A stretch of DNA of 37,538 nt from Paraspadella gotoi (taxonomy: Eukaryota > Animalia > Chaetognatha): contig JBJCIZ010000947.1 of NCBI GenBank assembly GCA_051294375.1, positions 1-37,538 of the forward strand. Direction: 5' to 3'. This document shows, piece after piece, positions 22,860 through 35,487 of this stretch (position 1 is its first letter; the number at the start of each line of letters is the position of its first letter). The notes under the pieces were generated by a model. That model saw only the letters and a list, made by a program, of their open reading frames with translations. It was not told the DNA's origin and ran no database searches. Both the position numbers and the translations under genes were made by a program.

Positions 22860-23160
22860 TAACCCAATATCTATGACTAATCCCTAACCCTAAACCAATT
22901 TTCTAACCGAATCGCGAACGTTATCTCTAGACTTAACCTTTAACCTAATCTTAACCCCACAACCTAATCTTAACCTTTAACCTAATCTTAACCACACAAC
23001 CTAATCTAAACATTTAACCTAATCTTAACCTTTAACCTAATCTTAACCCCACAACGTAATCTTAACCTTTAACCTAATCATAACCTTTAACCTAATGTTA
23101 ACGCCACTACATAATCTTAACCTTTAACCTAATCTTAACCTTGAACCTAATCTTTAAACA
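22860..23160. repeat. 18-nt unit array (TAACCTTTAACCTAATCT)n, telomere-motif-like
   Basis: Repeated taacctttaacctaatct with variants taaccccac; ccctaaccctaa at ~22882. Confidence 0.88.
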
Positions 23161-24147
23161 TATTTAGGATAAAGTTGGGCGACTGGACGACCCGCGACTC
23201 AGTCACTTTCTTCTGTCCGTCTGTCCGGTATTTTTTATCCTCGGGGAAAATCTCAAAAGATTGGTCTATCTCATGGCTATACTCAGAAGCCTCGAAACAG
23301 CGCAGCCTCCGGGAGCAGCCGCGCGGCCGCCGATCGGCTTCTCCCTGCCTTCGACTTTTTGCGCTCGGCTATTCTTACTCCTCTTCCTCTTCCTTCTCCT
23401 TATCTCCCGGATCCGCGCGGCTGCAAAGTCGATCCGATCGTAGCTGCAGCGGCGGACTTACTCTCTTCTCTCTCTCTTACCCTCTCTTACCGCCGAGGCT
23501 CTTCTCTCTGCCTCCGAGCGGATCGATCATGGGTTCGCGCGGATCCGGGAGTCTCTTTTAAAGAGATAAGGCCTTTTTGAAAGCATTACATTATTGTAGG
23601 GTCATTTCACGATGTCAAAAAAAAGAAAGAAAAAAAAAGAAAGACAGAAAGAACGAGAAAGAGAAAGAAAGAAAAAGAAGAGAAAAAAAATTAAAAAATT
23701 TAGTCAACAATTTTTTTAATATTAAGATTTTGAGCTTAAAATAATAATATTAATAAAAAAGATATACATCTAACAATAATGATTAAATATGCTGAAAACA
23801 ATTGAAAATATGATAAAGATAAAAATGATCGAAAATGAGATGATATATATTATTTGCATTTTTGTTACGCGAGGACGTATGAAGAGGAAAGAGTAGAACA
23901 ATTTTAGAATCAAGTAGAATAAAAATTCGAGCATGCAGCNNNNNNNNNNNNNNNNNNNNNNNNNTGTGGAATATTTTTAAATAATTTTTTTTTATTTTCA
24001 ATTTTCGCATAGCCCATATTTAAACATTGTAAATGTCAAAAATTTTAAAATTTTTTTTTTTACTTTTAAAAGCAGAATTTAAATTTCTCCTATTAATTTA
24101 AATTTAATTCAATTGACTAAATATCAAATTTTCCAAAAAAAGTCTAG

Positions 24148-24317
24148 CACAGTTTTTTAAGGTTGTCTTTTGTCTCAGAAAGCTCCTTAGTGCCGTACTG
24201 TTTTGAGAGGTCGCCTTAGGCTTATACCAGGAGTGTAGCAAAGTTGAAACAAAAGCCCGTGCAAAACATTTGTCTGGAATCCTAAGCTACTACTACACCT
24301 ACTACTACTACTACTAC
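24148..24317 (+). mobile_element. Possible 3' remnant of a retroelement ending in a (CTA)n tail
   Basis: Locally GC-richer ~140 nt segment ending in ctactactacacctactactactactactac within AT-rich flanks. Confidence 0.3.
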
Positions 24318-24462
24318 TTTAATTAATTAATCACATTTATACTACTAGTTAATAAATACAGTATAATTTTTCTTGTTTGTATTTCCTGTAATTAAGGTGG
24401 AGATATCTCTGAGTACCTTTACCATAGAGACTTAAATTGTGGCTCATTTTGTAACCCGACAT

Positions 24463-26697
24463 TAGTCCAAAAGTTGAATATACAGACATCGAGTTCATTA
24501 AAAACGTTCGCACACTTAATGCAGAGCAATAAATAAATAATTTTCGTATAAAAATATTACTTTAATGCATCGAACATGAGAGATCCCGAGATCAATACGT
24601 CATTTCGGTATCTTTTTTATATGTTAAAGCCGTCAAGCGGTCATAAAAGACAAAAGATACTAGCGAACCTGGCGGATATCGCGATTTTCATAAAAAGAGC
24701 ATCTTTTGCCTGGAAATCTGACGATGATTTAGTTTTTTTAAATAACATAGTGTCATATTAATAATTATTTCTATGTTTTATAATAATTTATAATCTTAAT
24801 AATTTTATATAGTTTTTAGTAGCTGCAGATTGGTATTTTTAATAGTTTTTTTCTGTTTTTTTTAGGAAAACGTTTAGAAATATCGCTTTTTGTTTGCTTC
24901 TGAAATTCAGTCTGAAACTATATTTGAAGAGAAATTATATAAAATCCAGATTTTATATAGGTCAAATGATAATAATAATAAATATAAATTAATATTTATG
25001 AAAATAATTAATATTTTTTTAACAATGATAAGTTTATACATAAACATAAAATGCTTAAACGGATATGATTGATTTACAATTTTTATCCCTCTCTTCTTAA
25101 TATATATAATTATATTTTACCAATATTTATAAAAGCCTTTTCCGATGTACTATAGTTTCATTTTAAAAATTCAGGGATGTATGAGGGTTTGAGCAATCCA
25201 TAGGCAACCTTTTTTTTCAATTATAAAAAAATTATCTCGGATGTTTTTTGAGTTTTTAGTAATTGTATTATTTCGTTATTTTGTTGTCTGATTTACAGAC
25301 GAAATAATACTTTTTTAATGGTTAACATAAGGACATAATTTTTTTTACATAAAAATGCATATTTTCGGACTAATTCATATTTCAATCGTTGTTGTTAACA
25401 ATTAAAATATTATCATATTGTTTTTTGAGTTTTTAATCAAATTTGTTTATTGACTTTTTCAATATTGTTGATTGAAGAATTATATAAGCCATCTATCAAT
25501 GTTTACAGACAAGCTTTGATTAATTTTATAATTAATTGACACGTTGGACTATCTACATATACGAGTTTTGATTAAAAAACTTTATAAAACAAAAGCAATT
25601 CTTAAAATCTTGGAAGTTAAGTTTCCTTCTCAAGTGTTCTCTGTTTACTTTGAATGAAACTACTTTTATTTATAATAGTTACAAAATATTACTATTCAAA
25701 TTTAGTAACGTTTATTAGACAGTATTTAATTTTCTTACCGATCATTCAAACAATAAACTTAAATCATTGATTCTGATACTGAATGGAATCTTTTCACTTA
25801 TCTTATGTATATACTGAGAATTTATCGAATGATTGACTTTTAACTTTCAGTTTTTAGCTTTTAATTTTTAGACTTTTTTAAATTTTGTTAGTGAAGAGAA
25901 AAATATTTTTCAATTATTATGATTATCAGTTTAATGTAAAAGTCTGTATTATGAGTACATGGAGTAAGATTAGACTAATCACTAAAATTGCCCTGCTTTC
26001 CAAGCTTGTGCTCTAAAAATGTAAATTTGCTGTTTTTAAAAGAAAAAAAAATTTATTATATTATAATACTATTTTTTAATTATTATTAATATTGTTTAAT
26101 TATTTTTTTGATAAATTAATATTATTATTTTTTATTTTTAATATTTTACTTTTTATTGGTTATTTTTTATCTTAGTTATCATGTTTTCTCGGATTTACCT
26201 TATTTATTAAAGCACATTATAACGGTAAATTACGATTGAATTATACAATTTATAAAAGTTTATTTTATGTAATAAGGATTTTAAACAAGCAAAATAGTTA
26301 ATTTTTTTTTTATGCAAAAATCTGTTCGAATTCCTCATTTTGGTAGGAAAAAAGCATTCGAGCTCTCGTTTAAATGCCATTTATCTTATTATATTAGTAT
26401 AATACTATAAACTATTTATATTTAAAAACATATTCTAAAACTTTAATATTAATTATTTATAATATTACAATAATAAAACGTTTGAAATTACGCCGAATAA
26501 AGAGCGTCATCGTTATCTGACAACTTCGATCTTAAGCTAATTTGCATAATTTAGGAGCCAGATAAAATCGACCGGGATCTCTCATAGTGAGAATTTCAAA
26601 TCGAATAAAAGTTTTTAAATTAACGTGGAGATATGGTGTGTGATACTTGAGTGTAGAACGTTTAAAAAGTGCCAAATCCATTTGATAACACCGACAT
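24463..26697. mobile_element. 2.2 kb presence/absence segment, putative non-autonomous DNA element
   Basis: Absent from the duplicate at ~20585; bounded by taac(a)ccgacat direct repeats; subterminal inverted motifs atgagagatcccg/cgggatctctcat and aaacgttcgcacacttaa/ttgagtgtagaacgttt. Confidence 0.55.
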
Positions 26698-27384
26698 GTG
26701 GCATATCTGACATCAATTTTTACTCAATTCTAAAATGTCTTTAGTATTATCTTCTCGGCGCCCAATGAGGTCTTTGAATTTGAGCATCAACTTATGATTT
26801 CTTTACCTTTTAATATTTCACAAATTCACAATCAATTAAAACTTAGGTTAATTTAAAAAAAACATAGTATGCAAAATTTAGCCTATTGTCAGCTCTACAA
26901 AGTGGTATAGACTTCATATTTTTTTAATTCCTAGTTACTTTTTAACTTCTGAAATTAATAAAAAATTCTTTTTTAACAAATGTCAAAAATTTTGTTTTTT
27001 TGAAAACATTTTTTCTAATTTAGAATATATTGTTGTATTGGATTCAGCTTGGATTTATTTGTTTTTTCTTGTTTGTTTTCACTGGTGATTATTTCAAGAA
27101 GCCTTATTTTTTACTCAAATTCATTATTATTTTCGGCCTATAGAGAAAAAAAATTCGTTAAAATACTTGAATACTGCTAATCCCTAAAAGAGAATGTCGT
27201 TATTAAAGTTAGTATGGCTTTCTTCAAAATTAGTTATTTAAAAAAAAATTATTCAAGTTTAAATATAATAAATTTGATGAGAAATTAAAGAGAAGGGGAA
27301 TGACAAAATAATACATTAAAAGAAAAAAAAAGATAGAAAGAGAGGAGACGGCAAGAGCAAGAGAGAGTAAGAGAGAGAGAGAGA

Positions 27385-28204
27385 TGATGATGATGATGAT
27401 AAGATATTACTGAAAAACGCCCGGGATGAGAGAAACAGCCCTTAGGGCGATCCTATTTGCGGGCCCTCCTAGGGGTCTTATCGCCAAAATAAACTTTGTG
27501 CGCGCCCCCGGCGAGGTCTTACCGCTTAACTTTATACTTAAAATCTATCGATTTGTAAAAGTATCAAAAGTAATTTTAAAAAAAATACTAGGGTATTTGA
27601 AAAAATTACTAGGGTATCCTAACTTGACAATACATTAAAAAAAAGCGAGCCCCCGGCGGGGTCTTACCGCCAAACTACTATCACTATTTCTATTCAGAGT
27701 ATTTGTCCATAATTTCTTGCCTTTTCTACTCTTTTAGTTTTACTACATCTACCAATGAGCAACGTTTATTGAATTAATCGTACGAAACAATGGATAGAAA
27801 GTGTTATTCAGTTTGAAAACGAAATTTAAATAAACAGAAAGCTAAAGATATTAAAATTAATTTAACCATATTGGTTTAATATATAGGTTTTATGAACTCG
27901 CAACCACGGTCATAAACTTTATTCAAAAGAGTTCTTGGGACACGAAACAAGAATATTATTCTAAGGAGAAGAATGATACGAGATATAACTGTCGATCAAT
28001 TTTAATTTATTAGTTACAAGAACGAGTTTTTGCTCCCCAAGAATTGGAGATGATGTTGGCCGCCAGTCTTTTTAGATGATCTTTAGACTGGCGTGTCGAT
28101 GGGATGCCGGATATCGATATTGGCATTGAAGAGACAGGCTCCTGTATGGAGTTGGTTTAACTTTCGATGGGCGGATCCAGTTTATACAGCACTTGAGCAC
28201 TGTC

Positions 28205-28205
<1 letters not shown>
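27385..28205 (-). mobile_element. ~820 bp 5'-truncated non-LTR retroelement insertion with (ATC)n tail and TSD
   Basis: Absent from the duplicate at ~21335-21375; flanked by gtaagagagagagagaga at 27367-27384 and 28206-28223; (TGA)5 abuts the left TSD. Confidence 0.72.
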
Positions 28206-28249
<44 letters not shown>

Positions 28250-29577
28250 TATCCGGCCCCGATCCGCTCGGACTTCGACCGGAAGAAGCCCGGAGAGAGA
28301 GAAAATCTCCCCGATCCGAGCGGAAGAAGCCCGGAAGGAGAAGTGAGTCGATCGGCAGCCGCGCGCCGCCGCTCCGGTCTACGGCTGCGTTCGGGAGAGC
28401 TGAGTATATGACTCCTGAGTAGATCAAAACAATCGATAGAACAAAATCAAGAATCAACAGTAGCCAAAAAACCATCAAACATTCAAAAATTAAGTCAATA
28501 GTAGAACAATCAACAATCAACAATCAATAGTCAACAGTAAAACAAAACCGATCAACAGTCAACAATCAACACTCAACAGAAAAGGATCTCTCTCTTTTGT
28601 GGTGTTAAATCCGTGTTTGTGTCAGTTTCTGTAATTGGATAAAGTATTTGGTAAAGTATTGAATATTTGGGTTATTATTTAGTTTAGGGCGCTCTTCGAA
28701 AATACGATTACGTAGTGCCCTTTTTTTTTCAATTTCGATTTTAGATACGTATATACGGAATCTTAGCTCTTTCCGGTAATTTTTGCATTTTTTTACATTT
28801 ATTACATTTATTGTACTGTGATGACAGTGATATTCTAACGATAATAATTTTAAATATTGAAATAATCTAATTTTTCTGCTTTATCATANNNNNNNNNNNN
28901 NNNNNNNNNNNNNNNNNNNNNNNNNNNNNNNNNNNNNNNNNNNNNNNNNNNNNNNNNNNNNNNNNNNNNNNNNNNNNNNNNNNNNNNNNNNNNNNNNNNN
29001 NNNNNNNNNNNNNNNNNNNNNNNNNNNNNNNNNNNNNNNNNNNNNNNNNNNNNNNNNNNNNNNNNNNNNNNNNNNNNNNNNNNNNNNNNNNNNNNNNNNN
29101 NNNNNNNNNNNNNNNNNNNNNNAAAGATTTTACAAAGAAGATCAGATTATTTTGTTTATGTTGTCGTCGATGTTGTTTTCTTTGTTTTTTTCTTAAGCGT
29201 CATCTTGAGCCGCGACGATGGAAAATAATCTTGAGACGAATTAGAAAAAGAAGATGCTGAGAAAGGTTATTTAGATAAAAATCAGGTAATTATTACGCGT
29301 AATTATTACTACGAAAATAATCTTGAATCAAAATGACGACATTAGACAATTAATAATGTCAATGTCAATTCACAATGTCAAATTTACAAATTGTCAGTTG
29401 TGGGAAAGGAAAAACAAAAGTCTAACAGACTGACGAACAGCCAGTTAGTTAATGAGAGAAAGCAAGAGAGAAAAAAAAACACACTTATCATTCCATAGAG
29501 GATTAGAAGGTTATGACTTTTTCTCGCTCTAACGACGACGACGACGACGACGAAAACGACGAGAATGACGACAGCGT

Positions 29578-29705
29578 CTAAGACGATGACGACGACGACA
29601 ATGACGACCATGACGACACTTTTGTCGACAACTAAGACGATGATGACGACGACAATGACGACCATGACGACAATTTTGTCGACAACTAAGACGATGATGA
29701 CGACA
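29578..29705. repeat. 54-nt tandem repeat (~2.3 copies) derived from (ACG)n
   Basis: ctaagacgatga starts at 29578, 29632 and 29686; preceded by pure (ACG)n at ~29532-29552. Confidence 0.9.
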
Positions 29706-30764
29706 AAGAGTCTCACATCTTTGAAGTTTGTCGACGATTTTTTTTCTCTGCATATTCAACTATTGACGGAAAGGGCAACGTCCGCATTTNNNNNNNNNNN
29801 NNNNNNNNNNNNNNNNNNNNNNNNNNNNNNNNNNNNNNNNNNNNNNNNNNNNNNNNNNNNNNNNNNNNNNNNNNNNNNNNNNNNNNNNNNNNNNNNNNNN
29901 NNNNNNNNNNNNNNNNNNNNNNNNNNNNNNNNNNNNNNNNNNNNNNNNNNNNNNNNNNNNNNNNNNNNNNNCAAATCAAGTTGGTACTTCGAATTTCTTT
30001 TTCCGCCAATTTTTCGATCTCCCGGTTTTGAACAACGATCTGTGGACGGACCAACGGACAGACGGTTGAACGGACGAGACCCTCTGTCGGTCAAACATGG
30101 AGTCCAGACTGAAGAGGTCAGACTGACTGACAAAAGAATAATTCGATTCAAATAGGATTAAAAAGGATAATTGTTTTTAACTGAGTTGCGAGTAATCGGG
30201 TAGCAAATATTTAAGTCGGTCGGTCGGTCGGTCGGTNNNNNNNNNNNNNNNNNNNNNNNNNNNNNNNNNNNNNNNNNNNNNNNNNNNNNNNNNNNNNNNN
30301 NNNNNNNNNNNNNNNNNNNNNNNNNNNNNNNNNNNNNNNNNNNNNNNNNNNNNNNNNNNNNNNNNNNNNNNNNNNNNNNNNNNNNNNNNNNNNNNNNNNN
30401 NNNNNNNNNNNNNNNNNNNNNNNNNNNNNNNNNNNNNNNNNNNNNNNTCCCCCTCATTTTGCGATCGGAAATCGTTTCCTTTCAATTGTCTTTCCTTTTC
30501 AACTTGGAATCAATTTTCTTCCGCTCAGCCTCGTACCCAGTACTACAAGGTCGAGGAGCGCCCTCACGAAAAAGTTTAAGACAAAGTCTAGGTTTTTTTT
30601 GGTTTTACAAACGAAATAACAAAAACTGTACANNNNNNNNNNAGAGAGTAGGCAAATCCTTCTTTTTTTCAAACCAAGACTCGAATCCTTTTGATGTTGG
30701 TGAAAAAAACAAAAGGATTCAATGCTAAGTCTTCCGATTTCCAATCAGGAAAGAGAGAGAAGAG

Positions 30765-30838
30765 AGAGAAAAAAGAAAAAGAGAAAAAAAGAAAAAGAGA
30801 AAAAAAGAAAAAGAGAAAAAAAGAAAAAGAGAAAAAAG
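30765..30838. repeat. 16-nt tandem repeat (GAGAAAAAAAGAAAAA)n
   Basis: Four to five consecutive near-identical units. Confidence 0.85.
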
Positions 30839-31119
30839 GGAAAAAAGGCTAACGTGAGCGAAAAATCAAATTGATGAAAGAAGAATGTTGAATCTAAACA
30901 AAGAAAAAATATATAAAAAAAGATTTAAAAAAATATTAAATAATCAACTTACATTTAACTAGATTATTGATTTTTTAATTTTAAAATAGAAATTAAAAAG
31001 AATTTTAACAATTAATTAATTAATTGAAGTTTTAATTGATTATTGATTTTTTAATTTTTCATTTAATTTTTTTTATTACAAATAAAAAAAATAGGAATTA
31101 TTTTTTATATAATATGAGC

Positions 31120-31195
31120 TAGGAGAAAAACAATTTGATTTGTTTTGGAAACGAATATAATTCGTTGCCAAAACAAATCAAATTGTTTTCTCCTA
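31120..31195. repeat. Near-perfect 76-nt hairpin
   Basis: taggagaaaaacaatttgatttgttttggaaacgaat-ata-attcgttgccaaaacaaatcaaattgttttctccta: one mismatch, one bulge. Confidence 0.9.
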
Positions 31196-33235
31196 ATTAC
31201 TAAAACATCGAAAATCGAAAGTCTTTACACAATGTAATATGAACTGAAACCAATTATCCACAATTCATTTATCGAAGTTCAAAATGCAAAGAAGGAACTT
31301 ACATCAATGGATTATTTTTCCTGCCATATGTCGCTTCTGTTTATTACTTGAATCGTGTCGCGGGTAAGTCCTGGGTGAGTTAAAAATGGCGCGAAAAGGG
31401 GGGGGTGTCAGGTCCGGGCGGGTCAAGCGGAGAGAAGAAAGGAAGTAATGAAACTGAAAATGACGAACGGTTTCTGCAAAGAACTGACGTTTACGGCTTT
31501 TTTTCTTTTTTCTTTTTTTTATTTATTTTTGCCGCTAATAATATATGAATTATTGAGCTGGCTATTTTTCTCCCTCCTCCCATACTTAGTTGTTTTTTTC
31601 CTTTTTATTTCTAAGCAACTTTTTCTCTCTCTCTTTCTTTTTATCTCTCCCTTTCATTTGTATCTCTTAATCGTAAAAAAACAGGATTTCCCATATCAAT
31701 CTTTTTTCCCGCCATTTCCCTCCGACTTGATCTCTATTTTACAAAGTTTTATATCAACTTGGAAAAATCTCTCCTTTAGCCCTGACCACTTTTAAAATCC
31801 CATCTTTCCATGACGTTCTACTTCCACTCTTTTTTCTACCTTTACCCCATGCTTTCCACTCTCAACAACATATGACTTCCCTTAAAATGCGCGGTCATTT
31901 GAAAAAATATAAGGCTGATCCTTTCTTTCTTTTTCGAGTTCTTTTTCGTTAGATCCTCGAATGATTGATTCTACCCGTGCGCTCGGCCGCCATTAAAAAA
32001 GAAAATCAAAATATTCTTTTTTTCTGTTGAGGAAACGTTTCCCGGGTTCGACTCTCGCCGGCACGGTGGTCCCTTTGGTCTTTGAACATGATATTTTAAC
32101 TATTACATACTACATAACATTATATTAATATTAATTTTTTTGAAATTATTTAAAAATACGGTTTTCAAATCAATTATCTTTTGGTTCGAAATTTATTTAA
32201 CAGCTACGCAGACAAAAACAAAATAAATTTCTTTTTTCAAACCAAGTTTAAAAAACCCAAATTACTAACCTTTTAAAAATCTACTTTAAATATTTACATC
32301 AAATACAATTATTTATATCATTATATTAATTATACTTATATTCATTATATTCATAAAAAAAAGAGAAAAAGGACGTCGCATCAAAAACAATCAACAAAAA
32401 AAACAACAACAACATGACGACGAAGAGAACGTAGTTAGGACATTCTCCTATGGTCGACATTGGATGCGAAATAATTTTTTTTGGGGCATCTTAATCACGA
32501 AAATTAATAAAAGGAATCAAAGCGAAGAAAATGAAATTTTAAAGTCTTTCGCCGTTCGATTGGAATCATCTTTTTTTTTTTTTTGATTGAGTTACTCCGC
32601 AGCGGTATGGCCTCTCTTGTCCAAAATATCCCCATTTCTGTTTCTTAATCCCTTAACATTTAATTTTATTTTATTATTTTAAATCTACCGACAGTATTTT
32701 CTTTTCAGCACGTGATGAAGATTTCAAAAAAAAAAAAAAAAAGGGGTCAAAACAATGTCATTATTGTTGTGCGTAAACCAAATAAACTTCTTTGTTTTGT
32801 GTATTTTAAATATAATCTAAATTATGACCATTATTTAATTTTAATTTAAAAATTAAATTCTTAACCATTAAAGTTAATCGCTTAACCTTAACCTAATGTT
32901 TGAATCTTTACGCTCACATTCAAACTTTATTAAGTTCTTAACCAAAATCATTAACCTAATCCATAATCCTAATTAAATTATTTAATTATTCTTTCTAATT
33001 TTAAATTTTTTTAAAATAAGATACTTTAACTTAAAAATTTTAAGTTATATTCTTTAAGTTAAAAAGTGAAATGGGGCGTTTTGGGGGAAATTGATGGCCA
33101 TAGGGGGCTTCGGAGCCGAACTCTCCCTGGCAGTTTGTTTTTGTCCCACATATTATTAAAACCCTTATACGCATATTACCTGACAACCTGGACCCCATGT
33201 CCAAAAGCCTGACTATTTCAGTCCTTTCAACTGTG

Positions 33236-33412
33236 CATTCATTCATTCATCATCATTCACATTCATTCATTCAATTTATTCATTTCATTCATTCATTCGA
33301 TTCATTCATTCATTCATTCATTCTTCAATTCATTCATTCATTCATTTCATTCATTCATTCAACATTCATTCATTTATTTATTCCATTTCATTCAATTCCC
33401 TCGTTTATTCAT
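33236..33412. repeat. (ATTC)n microsatellite
   Basis: Impure cattcattcattc run. Confidence 0.95.
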
Positions 33413-35453
33413 CTTCGCGTCATGCTTTAAAAATTTTTAATTTTTGAAAGCGAAAGACCTAAGAAAATACAAAAATATATAGATGATATTTGGTTATAAA
33501 AGAAAAGAGAAAGAGCGATGTATTCCTATACTATAAATTTTATAGCCGAAGAAAATAATTAAGAGGTGGGGAAACAAAAAGAGAAAAAATACAAGAGAGC
33601 TTGAACAATCGAGAAAAGACGATAATACTAAAAACTGACGAAAAATACAAGATGAGATGCAGACATCGGAACGACGAAACAGAGGGTTTCCGTGTTTTTG
33701 TTTTTTTTTTGTTTTCGCCGTCGCCTTTGGTTATAATCGTTTGATTTTTTATGTTGTTTGTTTGTTTTCAGTATAACATATAACAGTTGTGGTTATTGTT
33801 TCTGTTTTCATGTTCTAGTTTTGTCGGTTACTGTTTCTGTTTTTCATTGTTTTCTTAGTTTTTTGATGCGTTTTACTGTGTTCAGTTTTCTATTGTTTAT
33901 GTTGTTTTTGTTATTGTTCGCTAAGTTTTTATTCCCACTATTTATTGCCTTATATTTGTTGTGGTTATGTTGAAGTAGTTTATTCTGTTGATCATTTGTC
34001 CTTTCTGTTATTCTGTTTTTTGTGTTTTCTTGTATGTTTGTTGTCTAGGATATTTTTTTTATTGTCTTTCGTTTTTTATTTGTTTTCCGTTCTTTCTTCG
34101 GTTGTTTTGTTTTTGGTGTTTGGGCTAAAAATTTCATGAAGTAGGAAGAAGAAACTATTTTTCCTCCACATTTTCCACCCACGACATATTTTTTTATAAA
34201 AAAAAAGAACAGATGGGCAAAGAATCTCAAAGAGAATATGACCGAGAAAGTGTTAGGTTTCTACGAGTACTAAACCTTAGGTGGTCCTGATCACTTTCGT
34301 ATGACTTAAGCCATTGTAGACGTGTTTTTACATTATAGCCATTCAAATAATGTTTGTATTACTTAAGGAAGTCATAAACATTTAAAACTAAGCAAGTGTC
34401 CAACATCAAAAGCACAAAAATTAAGAAGCAAAGTAAGGAGCCGCTTAAAGTAAAGTACGCCAAAAAAAAAAAGAATCCGCCAGCTTTGACTGTAAGTTAA
34501 AACACGATTAAATATAACTTTATTAACCTATTATTCTATATAACAAAACTCAAGAACGCAAACTGGACATGAGCACTAAATAATATCACTTAAAATCTCC
34601 TTAAATTTTACGAGGAACAACAGCAAATCCAGCGTAAAACCACATCAAATGGGGAGAAAAAACAAAAAAAACTACCACAATTTTTTTTTAAAACGAAAAT
34701 CTTTTCTCTTGAAGCAAGCGACAGCAGCCCAAGCCGGCCGCCGCCGGCCGCCTGCCGCCTCTGCCGCCGCTTTTCGGTCCCTCCAGCGTACAAAAGCGGG
34801 GAAATAAGGAAGAAGGAGCAAACACGAGTCAGGCAGCTAGCGATAGAATAGGCGGCGCGTCCTGGAGTTATGGCACAACGCCTCTCGACAAGTTTTTCGG
34901 TTGCTGGAGAGCTGGCTAGCCTTGTTTGTATATTCGAATCAGACTTCTATGAGCCCTTTGCGTGTAATCACCCGCATATTTGGGAGTGATGTGCGAAAGC
35001 CAGGGTTTCGTGCCGCTGAAAGTTTATGAGGCGCCTGAAAGTGATGGTAGGATGTTCGGTCGTTGGAGTTGTTGGCCGCGGTTAGTTGCTGGTGTGCTGG
35101 AGCGGCCACGCTGAAAGTGATGGCGTCTGCCGCAGTTTTCTGGCACTGCAGCTGCTTGCCGCTGAAGTGATGGCGCTGGAGTTCACCAGAAAATGGGCGC
35201 TTGCCTCGTCTGACCGTAGGAACCCCGTACCGTAATGAGGCGAAATCCGGAGAGAAAGAAGGCGAAAGAAGGAGGGAGAGAAGGAGTGAGAGTTTGAAAG
35301 CCTTGTCGATCTTCGACTTAGAGACAAAAGAGAAACGATCATTTCTTTCTCTCTCTCTCACTCCTGTGTGTCTCTCTCGTCACTTTCTATCGCTTCTTTC
35401 TCTGTGCTTCTCTTCTCTTGTCTCTCTCTCTCTCTCTCTCTTCTCTCTTCTCT

Positions 35454-35487
<34 letters not shown>

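Noticed and set aside
24860-25660. Possible transposase exons inside the 2.2 kb indel
   Set aside because: Only short frames with stops; no recognisable catalytic motif by eye.
30105-30150. Hammerhead-like CTGAAGA-G-GTCAG-actga-CTGAC-AAAA
   Set aside because: GAAA is replaced by AAAA and there is no helix III or cleavage triplet; the stem arises from a local GACT repeat.
31975-32070. tRNA fragment (ccgggttcgactctcg B-box-like)
   Set aside because: No 5' half on the same strand; the only A-box-like text is on the opposite strand; no cloverleaf.
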